A DNA stretch of 64,000 nt, taken from a virus. The notes beneath the pieces are model-generated. The model had not been told where the DNA came from, did not search any database, and saw nothing but the letters and a program-made list of their open reading frames with translations. A program made the position numbers and the translations under genes. The DNA lies in the IMG/VR virus record IMGVR_UViG_3300017763_004709, positions 1 through 64,000 of that record. The stretch is one strand, 5' to 3'. Positions 40,429 through 48,785 of this stretch are shown here, in pieces; positions within the stretch are counted from its first letter, which is position 1; each line of letters starts with the position of its first letter.

Positions 40429-40461
40429 AAAAAGAGGTTTAAAACGATAGATGTATCGAAG

Positions 40462-40581
40462 TTAGTGACCCCTTAATTCCTTATTTATTTTTTGTCTTGT
40501 TTTCTTATTAGATAGTTGTTTTAGTTTCTTTTTCCATGCCCTAGATAGTGCATGAGGTATTACGCCGTTTTTAGGATTCAT
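40462..40581 (-). CDS. Basic micro-protein (39 aa; not in ORF track)
   Basis: AGGAG RBS; MNPKNGVIPHALSRAWKKKLKQLSNKKTRQKINKELRGH. Confidence 0.6.
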   Translation of the reverse strand: MNPKNGVIPHALSRAWKKKLKQLSNKKTRQKINKELRGH

Positions 40582-40591
40582 TTTTATACTC

Positions 40592-40759
40592 CTATAAAGA
40601 AACTATGCTAGTACTTCCTTTTTCCTTATTAATAATCTTACTATTATACTTTCTAAGCCTATTAAACTGGCTAGGCCGTCTATAGGGTGCAAACTTTAAA
40701 GGATTATTATGGAGTTTTTCTACAGCTTCATTGATAATTTTATCTTTTTCAGTATTCAT
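40592..40759 (-). CDS. Basic micro-protein (55 aa; not in ORF track)
   Basis: MNTEKDKIINEAVEKLHNNPLKFAPYRRPSQFNRLRKY...; downstream of a promoter. Confidence 0.55.
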   Translation of the reverse strand: MNTEKDKIINEAVEKLHNNPLKFAPYRRPSQFNRLRKYNSKIINKEKGSTSIVSL

Positions 40760-40788
40760 GCGTTACTCTCTTTTTTATTATATAGTTA

Positions 40789-40817
40789 ATATTAACACTA
40801 AAAATAGTAGTTAGCAA
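40789..40817 (-). promoter_or_regulatory. Sigma70-type promoter for micro-ORFs/tmRNA/GT cluster
   Basis: TTGCTA-N17-TAATAT with extended TG. Confidence 0.65.
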
Positions 40818-40830
40818 CAAAAATTTAAAT

Positions 40831-41097
40831 TTAAGATTTGGAGTTTGGTGTATTTTTTTGCTTCTTTGTGTAGCCTGCTTTTCTTTCTAACTTTTGCATA
40901 AGAGCTTGTCTTTTAGCTTCTGCTTTTCTGTACCTAGCTTTACCAGCTTTTTTAGCTTCTCTAAGTTTTTCAGATTTAGAAACATAGTAACTTTGTCTTT
41001 TAGCATCTGTATAGAACCCATCGGCATTTAGTTTTCTCATCATAATTTTATATGCTTTAGAGACATCATTATTATATTTTTTTATACTTATTTTCAT
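40831..41097 (-). CDS. rpsU: Ribosomal protein bS21
   Basis: NNDVSKAYKIMMRKLNADG...KRQSYYVSKSEKLR matches the bS21 pattern; TAATG-coupled start 41097. Confidence 0.85.
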   Translation of the reverse strand: MKISIKKYNNDVSKAYKIMMRKLNADGFYTDAKRQSYYVSKSEKLREAKKAGKARYRKAEAKRQALMQKLERKAGYTKKQKNTPNSKS

Positions 41098-41405
41098 TAA
41101 TTTACCTTTATATAGTTTTGTATCCAAGAAGATAAGTGTCCTGCAGAATATTTACCTATAAGTTTGGATATAACTCCATTATTTTTAGTTACCACAAACA
41201 TAGGTGTTGTAATATTTTTTGAGAGGTCTGCACTGTTTACACTTTCTGTATTAATTCCTAGATCTTGCAGGGTGAGCAGTTCTCGTTGCACATAGGTTTT
41301 ATTAAATTTGTTAAAATATCCTGTAACCTTCTTCAACTTATTTCTCCTATTAGTCTGACACTTTTTAAGAGTAGACATATTTTGATTTAATTTTATTCTT
41401 GCCAT
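41097..41405 (-). CDS. Hypothetical protein (possible degenerate thioredoxin fold)
   Basis: NITTPMFVV.KN....KLIG; no CxxC. Confidence 0.45.
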   Translation of the reverse strand: MARIKLNQNMSTLKKCQTNRRNKLKKVTGYFNKFNKTYVQRELLTLQDLGINTESVNSADLSKNITTPMFVVTKNNGVISKLIGKYSAGHLSSWIQNYIKVN

Positions 41406-41456
41406 TTATAATTTTTCATGCTAATATTAATTTATAACAACAGGTAAGCAAATAAT

Positions 41457-41696
41457 ATGAAAGACTATCAGAATGAATTGAGCCGTTGTCTATCCGTAGT
41501 AAAGTGGAATCCTAATGAAGCACTCTCTGAGATGAACCTCTTAAGAGACGAAGCATTAAGTTCTCCTTTAAAAGAAAAACTTTGGAAGCGTAAGGCTCGT
41601 GAAATAAATAACTTTTTAGACTCTTTAGAAAACACACGTTACTATAAAGAATCTGAATTCTGGAAAAACTCAAAACCAAGTAGGTTAATAATATAA
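41457..41696 (+). CDS. Hypothetical protein
   Basis: First ORF of the divergent block. Confidence 0.6.
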   Translation: MKDYQNELSRCLSVVKWNPNEALSEMNLLRDEALSSPLKEKLWKRKAREINNFLDSLENTRYYKESEFWKNSKPSRLII

Positions 41697-42031
41697 TGAA
41701 TAAGTATCAACAAGACTTTAACTCTTTGAAAACACTACTAGCTAACTCTTTTAACTCTGTAGAAGATGTTGTAAAGTTAGTTAAACCACTTTTATTAAAG
41801 ATGAATAATCCAACCTTTTATAAAAAGTATTTATACACTAAGCCCGAAGAGGCTTACGGGGGAGTAGGGAGTTATTCCAACAATATGTTTACCATATTTA
41901 CTAACGAGTGTATCAAAATTATTAATGAATGTCAAGACTTAAATGAAATGCTCAGGAAGCTACAAGTAGAATACTCATGGACAAATCGACACTCCGAGCC
42001 CTACTGGTTTAAAAATACAAAAAATACTTAG
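41696..42031 (+). CDS. Hypothetical protein
   Basis: TAATG-coupled. Confidence 0.6.
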   Translation: MNKYQQDFNSLKTLLANSFNSVEDVVKLVKPLLLKMNNPTFYKKYLYTKPEEAYGGVGSYSNNMFTIFTNECIKIINECQDLNEMLRKLQVEYSWTNRHSEPYWFKNTKNT

Positions 42032-42049
42032 TATAAGTTCAAATAAAAT

Positions 42050-42082
42050 CAGCTGCAGACTACTCTTGCGGCTGTTTTTTAT
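42050..42082 (+). terminator. Intrinsic terminator
   Basis: CAGCTGCAG...TTGCGGCTG-TTTTTT. Confidence 0.65.
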
Positions 42083-42102
42083 TAACATAAGGGGAGTAGT
42101 GT

Positions 42103-42576
42103 ATGATAAAATCAATAACTATTTTTTTATTATTACTTAGTGCAAAGACAGTGCTGGCAGATACGAGTAAAGAAATAGAGTGCTTAGCAAAGAATATTTA
42201 TTTTGAAGCACGCAATCAGTCAGTAAGAGGTCAAATAGCTGTAGGAAACGTAACCATAAATAGGGTAAAAGATAGTAGATTTCCAAACTCAGTATGTAAG
42301 GTCGTAACTCAAGCCAAAAAAGACAAAAATAATAATATAATACTTAACAAATGCCAATTTAGCTGGTATTGTGATGGAATAAAAGATACTATGTTAAATA
42401 AAGAGGTAAAAGAATTTTCTTTTAAACTTGCTAAAGCGTTAATTTTAGGGCAAATATCAGACGTAACACACAACTCAACGCACTATCATAGTAAAAAAGT
42501 CAAACCTTATTGGAGTAGCCATCTATCAAAAACGGTTACTATAGAGGATCACCATTTTTATAGGTGGGAAAAATAA
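42103..42576 (+). CDS. SleB/Hydrolase_2 cell wall hydrolase with signal peptide
   Basis: CLAKNIYFEARNQ, VTINRV, CQFSWYCDG, HHFY. Confidence 0.92.
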   Translation: MIKSITIFLLLLSAKTVLADTSKEIECLAKNIYFEARNQSVRGQIAVGNVTINRVKDSRFPNSVCKVVTQAKKDKNNNIILNKCQFSWYCDGIKDTMLNKEVKEFSFKLAKALILGQISDVTHNSTHYHSKKVKPYWSSHLSKTVTIEDHHFYRWEK

Positions 42577-42586
42577 AAATTTAAGA

Positions 42587-42616
42587 TTGACTAACATAAT
42601 AAGCGTTTGGTACAAT
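42587..42616 (+). promoter_or_regulatory. Promoter, probably for a leaderless transcript
   Basis: TTGACT-N18-TACAAT (extended TG), 5 nt before ATG 42622. Confidence 0.6.
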
Positions 42617-42621
42617 AAAAA

Positions 42622-42933
42622 ATGATAGAAGAAAGTAGTTTAAGCGATGATGTTAAAAAGAATATAAACTGGCTGCACGAAAGGTCGCAAAAAACAAAAA
42701 GTGATCTAGAAACACATGAAGCTGTGTGCGCAGAACGTTATATTCACATTAGTCAATCTTTATCGGCTCTAAGTGAAAGTATAGAGCAAAGTAATAAAAG
42801 AATACAAGAACTTCATGATACTGTGTCTGCTAGTAAAGTAAGTTTAAAAACTCTAATGTTCATAGGTTCTTTCATATTAGCAATTTCAGGATTTATTTAT
42901 ACTATTATAGGAATAATTAATCAAGCACAATGA
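42622..42933 (+). CDS. Coiled-coil protein with C-terminal TM helix
   Basis: HEAVCAERY motif; TM helix. Confidence 0.6.
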   Translation: MIEESSLSDDVKKNINWLHERSQKTKSDLETHEAVCAERYIHISQSLSALSESIEQSNKRIQELHDTVSASKVSLKTLMFIGSFILAISGFIYTIIGIINQAQ

Positions 42934-43274
42934 CTAAAGAAAAAGAATTATTAAAATATCTATTATCTAGTCCTCCTATGGATGTTTACAATGAGGATAA
43001 CATGGATATTCAAGAAAGTAATTTAGAGTTAGTAGAGCCCAGACCTATTAAAGCTAACGAAGAAGAACTAGAATCTAGAGAAATAGGTTCGGCTAACTTA
43101 TTTTTGGCTTCTGCATTTTTGAGCACTATAAACGACATAGATTTACCGGCTAAATCAGACGAAGACGTAACTAAAGCTCAAAAACTATGGCAACAATGGA
43201 TGACAGAGCTTAAAGAAGATAACTTCTTACGAGAAAAACCTAATACGTTACGAGAAAGTTTTAAAATTGTTTAA
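42930..43274 (+). CDS. Hypothetical protein
   Basis: ATGA-coupled ORF. Confidence 0.6.
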   Translation: MTKEKELLKYLLSSPPMDVYNEDNMDIQESNLELVEPRPIKANEEELESREIGSANLFLASAFLSTINDIDLPAKSDEDVTKAQKLWQQWMTELKEDNFLREKPNTLRESFKIV

Positions 43275-43953
43275 CTATGAAAAGTGTTTAGAAGCGTATA
43301 ACATAGATAGAGAGTCTGGAAGAGTATACAAAACTCCCGATGGCGAGTACCCTAGTATAACTACTATTTTAGGAGCGACTTCGAATAATTCTTTTTTACA
43401 TAAGTGGAGAGAAAGAGTAGGCGAAGAAGAAGCTAATAGAATATCTAAAGAAGCTACTGATAGAGGTACTGCAGTACACGACTATATAGAGCAGTACTAC
43501 TTACAAGAAGATAGAGTTTTTAGCGACTGGTTTGTATCTTCTGGACTTTCCAAAGAGCCAAGAAAAATTAAACAACCTGCTAGAGACATTATAAAAGAAT
43601 GTGATAGAAATAACTTTACTCCCTATGCTCAAGAAATACCTTTATGGCATCCCAAACTAAAATTTGCCGGAAGAGTAGATGGCATTGGGTTATGGAATGG
43701 TGTACTATCTATAATAGATTTTAAAACTTCAAAAAAGAAAAAATACACCTCTCAAATAAAAAACTACTATATACAAGCTACTGCATATGCTGTTGCCCAT
43801 AATTATTTATTTAATACTGCTATAAATAATTTTTCAATAGTTATTGGAGTAGACGAAAAAGAATCTCAATGTTTTACAGGTAAAGTAGTAAATTTTATAC
43901 CTGAGCTTAAATATAGGGTTAGATCTTTTTATAGTCAACAGAAAGGAAGTTAA
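43267..43953 (+). CDS. PD-(D/E)xK exonuclease
   Basis: YPSITTIL, RGTAVH, AGRVD...IIDFKT, QATAY. Confidence 0.88.
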   Translation: MFNYEKCLEAYNIDRESGRVYKTPDGEYPSITTILGATSNNSFLHKWRERVGEEEANRISKEATDRGTAVHDYIEQYYLQEDRVFSDWFVSSGLSKEPRKIKQPARDIIKECDRNNFTPYAQEIPLWHPKLKFAGRVDGIGLWNGVLSIIDFKTSKKKKYTSQIKNYYIQATAYAVAHNYLFNTAINNFSIVIGVDEKESQCFTGKVVNFIPELKYRVRSFYSQQKGS

Positions 43954-43954
43954 T

Positions 43955-44644
43955 ATTAAGAACTCTTTAAAACAACAAGAATACTATCGTCTAATAGAAA
44001 AATATGACTTACTATTTTTAACAGGCGCAGCGGGTACTGGAAAAACCTATGTAGCATGTAACTCAGCTTTAAATTTTTTAGAAAGAGGTCTTATTGAAAA
44101 AATTATTATAACAAGACCTGTTGTAGCTACAGAAGATATAGGTTTTTTACCTGGAACTTTAGAAGAAAAAATAAATCCTTTTATGGACCCTATACTAGGA
44201 GTATTATCAGAGATTTATAATCCTAAAGAAATAAAAAGGATGGTTGCTAATAATGTTATAGAGGCAGTTCCGTTAGCTTATATGAGAGGAAGAACTTTTT
44301 CTAACTCTTTTATAATACTTGATGAAGCTCAGAATACTACTCAAAAACAGATGAGTATGTTTTTAACTAGATTTGGCAGAAATATTAAGTGTTGCGTAAC
44401 AGGAGACTTACTACAATCAGATTTACCTACTAGAGAAAATGGATTAAACTGGGCGTCATCAAAACTAAGCCCCTCAGAGTTAGTAGCTTTTCTTACTTTT
44501 ACTAGTGATCACGTTGTAAGAAGTCCTTTAGTCAAAGAAATTATGAGATATTTATATGCAGAAGAAACGTCGTATCCCATTAAAAAAACTTTTAGAGCTG
44601 GAAGCCTTGAGTCTATTGCCCCGAGAGAGGTCGTTAATAGTTAG
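43955..44644 (+). CDS. phoH: PhoH-like ATPase; probable ATT start
   Basis: Walker A GAAGTGKT, ITRP and GFLPG lie in frame upstream of the first ATG; MRGRTF, DEAQN, GD..QSD. Confidence 0.9.
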   Translation: MKNSLKQQEYYRLIEKYDLLFLTGAAGTGKTYVACNSALNFLERGLIEKIIITRPVVATEDIGFLPGTLEEKINPFMDPILGVLSEIYNPKEIKRMVANNVIEAVPLAYMRGRTFSNSFIILDEAQNTTQKQMSMFLTRFGRNIKCCVTGDLLQSDLPTRENGLNWASSKLSPSELVAFLTFTSDHVVRSPLVKEIMRYLYAEETSYPIKKTFRAGSLESIAPREVVNS

Positions 44645-44747
44645 TATTAAAAAGGCTCAAAGGGATTATCCTCAAATAACTCCCAAAATGTATGCTGCAT
44701 TTAATGGTATATACGATAGCTATTTTTATACAGGAGAAGAGCAATGA
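44556..44747 (+). CDS. Hypothetical protein
   Basis: Overlaps phoH 3' end; coupled to next ORF. Confidence 0.5.
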   Translation: MQKKRRIPLKKLLELEALSLLPRERSLIVSIKKAQRDYPQITPKMYAAFNGIYDSYFYTGEEQ

Positions 44748-44905
44748 TAAGTAAAGAAAGATATTGTAAGTCTTGCGGTCATAGATGCCACTGTTATTCT
44801 CCTGATTGTTCTGAGTGTAAAAATGATGTATGCATAAGTTGTAAATGTTCTTCTAGTGAGAAGAGCTTTTGGCCTGATAATCCAGGAGAAGCATACTCTA
44901 TTTAA
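44744..44905 (+). CDS. Cys-rich metallothionein-like peptide (53 aa; not in ORF track)
   Basis: AGGAG RBS; CKSCGHRCHCYSPDCSECKNDVCISCKC (9 Cys, 2 His). Confidence 0.65.
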   Translation: MISKERYCKSCGHRCHCYSPDCSECKNDVCISCKCSSSEKSFWPDNPGEAYSI

Positions 44906-44915
44906 GGAGATTTTT

Positions 44916-45050
44916 ATGCCCGTAAAAAAAGTAAAAGGCGGTTATAAGTGGGGAACCACTGGAAAAGTTTACAAAACTAAAAAAGCTGCAACTAAGCAAG
45001 CTAGAGCCGCTTATGCAAACGGTTATAAAGGTAAAAAAAGGAGAAAGTAA
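44916..45050 (+). CDS. Small basic protein (44 aa)
   Basis: AAGGAG RBS; MPVKKVKGGYKWG...KGKKRRK. Confidence 0.75.
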   Translation: MPVKKVKGGYKWGTTGKVYKTKKAATKQARAAYANGYKGKKRRK

Positions 45051-45051
45051 T

Positions 45052-45093
45052 ATGCCACATTACGGTAGAAAAGGTAAAGGAAGAAAGAAGTAA
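45052..45093 (+). CDS. 13-aa basic micropeptide MPHYGRKGKGRKK
   Basis: AGGAG RBS upstream; fills the gap. Confidence 0.55.
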   Translation: MPHYGRKGKGRKK

Positions 45094-45117
45094 TTATACT
45101 TATAAAGGAGATATAAT

Positions 45118-45270
45118 ATGCCTAAAATGAAAACAAAAGCCCCTAAATATACAGTAGGTAAAAAACCAGCTAAAAAGGCTGCAGCGAAAAAAGGACTTAC
45201 TGCTGCTCAAAAAAAACTGCCCCCAGCACTTCAAAAAGCTATACTTAAAAAAATGAAAGGCAAGAAGTAA
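45118..45270 (+). CDS. Histone H1-like K/A/P-rich protein (50 aa; not in ORF track)
   Basis: AAGGAG RBS; KKPAKKAAAKKG...LKKMKGKK. Confidence 0.7.
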   Translation: MPKMKTKAPKYTVGKKPAKKAAAKKGLTAAQKKLPPALQKAILKKMKGKK

Positions 45271-45273
45271 CTA

Positions 45274-45450
45274 ATGGCTGCAACACCTACCAATCCTAGT
45301 CTTTGGTCTAGAGCTAAGACTCAGGCAAAAAAGAAGTTTAACGTTTATCCTTCTGCATATGCTAATGCATGGGCAGCTAAATGGTATAAGTCTAAAGGCG
45401 GTAAATGGAAAGGTGCTCCTACCAATAAAGTGAGAAAAAAACGTGGCTAA
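45274..45450 (+). CDS. Small basic protein with YPSAYAN motif (58 aa; not in ORF track)
   Basis: MAATPTNPSLWSRAK...VYPSAYANAWAAKWYKSKGGKW. Confidence 0.75.
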   Translation: MAATPTNPSLWSRAKTQAKKKFNVYPSAYANAWAAKWYKSKGGKWKGAPTNKVRKKRG

Positions 45451-45670
45451 AGGCGGGTTAGGTAAATGGTTTTCTGAACAATGGGTTGATGTTAAAACAG
45501 GCAAACCTTGTGGAAGATCAGGCAAAAAAGATAAAAGAAAATATCCCGCCTGTAGACCTAAAGCAGTTGCTTCTAGAATAACTAAACAAGAAGCAGCTAA
45601 GAAAAAAGGCCGTAAAAAAGTTAAATGGTCTGTGACCTCTTCCGGTAAAAAGAGAAAGTCAAAAAAATAA
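45443..45670 (+). CDS. Small basic protein (WFxEQWVD...CGR...YPACRP; DUF5872-like)
   Basis: GTG start overlapping previous gene; motif recognition. Confidence 0.7.
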   Translation: MAKGGLGKWFSEQWVDVKTGKPCGRSGKKDKRKYPACRPKAVASRITKQEAAKKKGRKKVKWSVTSSGKKRKSKK

Positions 45671-45681
45671 GGAGAGTTTAT

Positions 45682-45849
45682 ATGATTAGTAAAATATTAT
45701 CTTGGACTAAATCAAAACTTAAAGAAAGAACTTCATGGGACGGAATAGCCTTAGTTGGAACTGGCGTAGTAATGATTATGATGCCTATAGATCTAGTAGC
45801 TTATGCAGCTATAGCATGGGGACTGTGGACTATTTGGAAAAGTGAATAG
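45682..45849 (+). CDS. Small membrane protein (55 aa; not in ORF track)
   Basis: AAGGAG RBS; KERTSWDG followed by hydrophobic hairpin. Confidence 0.65.
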   Translation: MISKILSWTKSKLKERTSWDGIALVGTGVVMIMMPIDLVAYAAIAWGLWTIWKSE

Positions 45850-45855
45850 TATACT

Positions 45856-46134
45856 ATGTTAGAAATTATACAACAGATGGCCTCAGATAGACTATGGATT
45901 TATACTGCTTTAGCAGGTAGTCTGTTTGGGGCTATATTTGTAGCCTATGTTAGCACTACTAAATTAGGTCTTTGGACATATGCTAAGATAGATAAAATGT
46001 TAGATCTACTAATAGATAGATTAGGATGGACTTGGTTAGAGCAACCAAAAGACGCTTGGAAGCAAAAGCTACCAAAAGGTCTTATCAAAAAAATAGACGA
46101 TATAGATAACAGATTAAAATACCTAGAAAAGTAA
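45856..46134 (+). CDS. Small membrane protein
   Basis: N-terminal TM helix. Confidence 0.6.
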   Translation: MLEIIQQMASDRLWIYTALAGSLFGAIFVAYVSTTKLGLWTYAKIDKMLDLLIDRLGWTWLEQPKDAWKQKLPKGLIKKIDDIDNRLKYLEK

Positions 46135-46183
46135 CTATTATTTTGGTATATATGTTAATATATGATAAAATAAGGAGATAATT

Positions 46184-46543
46184 ATGGCAAAAGCTAAAAA
46201 TGCTAGACGGTTACCTAGCGGCAAGTTAGAATACAGAGGAGAAACCTATCCTGGATTCAACAAGCCTAAAAGAAATACTTCATCCTCTAAGCATAAACAA
46301 GTTGTTTTAGCTAAAAAAGGAGAAGACATAAAAGTAGTTAGGTTTGGTCATAAAGATTATGGGCATAATTATTCTGAAGATGCAAGAAAAAATTATTTAC
46401 AAAGAAGCGCAGGAATAAGAGATAAATCAGGAAGACTAACTAAAGATGACAAGTTTTCTGCTAATTATTGGGCTAGAAAAGAGCTATGGGCAGGATCTGG
46501 AGGCTCTAAGAAGTCTCCTAAAAAAGGTGGACCTAGAAAATGA
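46184..46543 (+). CDS. Basic protein (KVVRFG...SANYWA family)
   Basis: AAGGAG RBS; K/R-rich. Confidence 0.7.
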   Translation: MAKAKNARRLPSGKLEYRGETYPGFNKPKRNTSSSKHKQVVLAKKGEDIKVVRFGHKDYGHNYSEDARKNYLQRSAGIRDKSGRLTKDDKFSANYWARKELWAGSGGSKKSPKKGGPRK

Positions 46544-46857
46544 TTATTAAAGATAGTGAAGGCCAAGAAGCCAGAATGATTAAAGCTAAAGTAAGAAAAA
46601 TGATAGCACAGAATCAAGAATTACTAAGTATGATAAAAGAAAATATGGACGTAGAAGAGTGGGTTCAGAATAAAATAGTTTTAGCGTCTCACAATATAGA
46701 TGCTATATATGATTATATGAAATACTCCTCTGACCCTGTAGAGACGCAACTAGAAGAAGACTCAGATAGTGTAACTATAACACTAGCATTAGAAGAAGAG
46801 ATAGACTCTTCTGATGTAATAGAAATATCTTTAACAGATAATTCTTTAGATGCCTAA
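46540..46857 (+). CDS. Protein with EEWVQNKI motif and acidic C-terminal tail
   Basis: ATGA-coupled; D/E-rich tail. Confidence 0.65.
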   Translation: MIIKDSEGQEARMIKAKVRKMIAQNQELLSMIKENMDVEEWVQNKIVLASHNIDAIYDYMKYSSDPVETQLEEDSDSVTITLALEEEIDSSDVIEISLTDNSLDA

Positions 46858-47263
46858 AGAGTATTTAATATCAGAGGCATTTAATAATGTTTTTTGTACC
46901 TTAGCACCTTCACCAATACATGGTGTAGGTGTTTTTGCGCTAAAAGACATACCCAAAAATATAATTGTATTTTCTTCTATATCATGGGATACCTTAGACA
47001 ACTCTATTCTAAAAAAGCTAGATGAAAGTGTACTACTTGAGTATGCTAAAAAATTTAAAACATCTTATGAAGGATTAAAGATCCCTGCTAGAGGGTATAA
47101 TTCAATTGACTTTAGATTTTACTTAAACCACGCTACTTCTTGTAATCTTAATTATGATTCAGAGAATGATTTAATCATAAGTAAAGATACTATTTATAAA
47201 AATACTGAATTAACAATAAACTATAAAGCTTACGGACTTAGCATTGATAACAGTTTTCACTAA
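46850..47263 (+). CDS. SET-domain lysine methyltransferase
   Basis: SPIHGVGVFA.KDIP, YLNHA, ELTINY. Confidence 0.88.
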   Translation: MPKEYLISEAFNNVFCTLAPSPIHGVGVFALKDIPKNIIVFSSISWDTLDNSILKKLDESVLLEYAKKFKTSYEGLKIPARGYNSIDFRFYLNHATSCNLNYDSENDLIISKDTIYKNTELTINYKAYGLSIDNSFH

Positions 47264-47642
47264 CGGATGTTATGATATCTTACATCCTGGACATATAGAT
47301 TTGTTTAACTATGCCTCTACATTAGGTGATAGACTAATAGTATGTCTAGACAGTGACGATAGGGTAAGAAGAAATAAAGGTTTTTGTAGACCTATAAACA
47401 CTTTAGGTATTAGATCTAAAATTATAGGAGCTTTAAAACCTGTAACGTCGGTAATATCTTTTGATTCTGATGATGATTTATGTTCTATATTTGATACTTA
47501 TAACGCTGACTTATTAGTCATTGGAGAAGAATATAAATACAAAAATATTGTAGGCGAAGATTTTGTAAAGAAAGTTATATTTTATGAACGAGACAATAGA
47601 TACTCAACAACTAACATCATTAAGAGTATTAATAATAGGTGA
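47244..47642 (+). CDS. HldE domain II / HldC heptose-1-P adenylyltransferase
   Basis: VFTNGCYDILHPGH, KG..RPIN, YSTT. Confidence 0.85.
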   Translation: MITVFTNGCYDILHPGHIDLFNYASTLGDRLIVCLDSDDRVRRNKGFCRPINTLGIRSKIIGALKPVTSVISFDSDDDLCSIFDTYNADLLVIGEEYKYKNIVGEDFVKKVIFYERDNRYSTTNIIKSINNR

Positions 47643-48378
47643 GTCATGTCTGGATGAGTACAGGCTAGGTTCTGTAACTAGAATATCTCCAGAGGCTCCT
47701 GTACCTGTTATACAGTTTAAAGAGTTAAATACTGTAGAAGGTATGGCTGCTAATGTTAAAAATAATGTTCAAGCTTTTAATGTAGGTAACATAGATTTAA
47801 TAACTAATAGATCTAAAATTATTAAAAGAAGATTTATAGATATAAAATCTAATCAACAATTACTACGAGAAGACATAGGCGACTCTGTATCCTCGTTAAT
47901 AGACTATAATATAAAAGTAATGAGTTCTAATGATTATGATGTAGTCATAATTTCTGACTACTGTAAAGGGCTATTAACACCTGATACGGCCAAACTAGTA
48001 TGTGAAAAATTTAAACATAAGGTGTATGTAGACACTAAAAAAGAAGACTTAAGTTGTTTTCCATATTCTATTATAAAAATAAATGAATATGAGGATAATA
48101 GTAGTTATAACTTACCTCTATCTTCTACTAAAATAGTAACTTTAGGGTCTAAAGGTTCGGTATGCGAAGGTGTATTCTCTAGGCCTTCTCCTGTAAAAGT
48201 TCATGATGTTACGGGGGCTGGAGACGTATTTTTATCTTCTCTTGCAGTATTAAATAGTTTTAACTCTATTCATGACTCTATAGACTTAGCAAATAAACTT
48301 GCGTCTTATTCAGTAGAACACTTTGGAACATATGTTATAAATCAACTAGATATAGAAAGGGCTTTTAATGAGACTTGA
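47584..48378 (+). CDS. HldE domain I / HldA heptose-7-P kinase (PfkB)
   Basis: RISPEAPVPV, ISDYCKG, DVTGAGD. Confidence 0.88.
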   Translation: MNETIDTQQLTSLRVLIIGESCLDEYRLGSVTRISPEAPVPVIQFKELNTVEGMAANVKNNVQAFNVGNIDLITNRSKIIKRRFIDIKSNQQLLREDIGDSVSSLIDYNIKVMSSNDYDVVIISDYCKGLLTPDTAKLVCEKFKHKVYVDTKKEDLSCFPYSIIKINEYEDNSSYNLPLSSTKIVTLGSKGSVCEGVFSRPSPVKVHDVTGAGDVFLSSLAVLNSFNSIHDSIDLANKLASYSVEHFGTYVINQLDIERAFNET

Positions 48379-48721
48379 AGGTTTTGTAAAAAAAGGATGG
48401 GGTCACGAACTTATTTGGGCAACAAATGATAAATATTGTGGCAAACTGATGAAGTTTAATGAAGGTGCTAAGTTTTCTATGCATTTTCATAAAGATAAAG
48501 AAGAGACTTGGTATGTATTAGGCGGCGAGTTTATAGTTCATTGGATTAATACTTTTGATGCCTCTAAGATAAGTACAAAAATTAAAGAGGGAGATACTTG
48601 GCATAATGAACCTTGTAGCCCTCATCAATTAGAATGTTTAAAAGAGGGTACTATATTAGAAGTTAGTACTCCAGACAGCGTAGAAGATAATTATAGAGTG
48701 TCTCCTGGGGATTCTCAATGA
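48368..48721 (+). CDS. Cupin (sugar isomerase-like)
   Basis: KGWGHE, SMHFH..KEETW, EVSTPD..EDNYR. Confidence 0.8.
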   Translation: MRLEGFVKKGWGHELIWATNDKYCGKLMKFNEGAKFSMHFHKDKEETWYVLGGEFIVHWINTFDASKISTKIKEGDTWHNEPCSPHQLECLKEGTILEVSTPDSVEDNYRVSPGDSQ

Positions 48722-48731
48722 TACAATTAGT

Positions 48732-48760
48732 TTGACACTTACTTTTTTATTAAGTATTAT
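48732..48760 (+). promoter_or_regulatory. Sigma70-type promoter
   Basis: TTGACA-N17-TATTAT. Confidence 0.75.
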
Positions 48761-48785
48761 ATAGTATAACCATATAGGATCTACA

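Noticed and set aside
43267-43953. Possible Cas4
   Set aside because: Lacks the four Fe-S cysteines; generic PD-(D/E)xK exonuclease
45271-45525. Minus-strand 84-aa ORF
   Set aside because: Shadow of the plus-strand basic genes, which are coupled and carry conserved motifs
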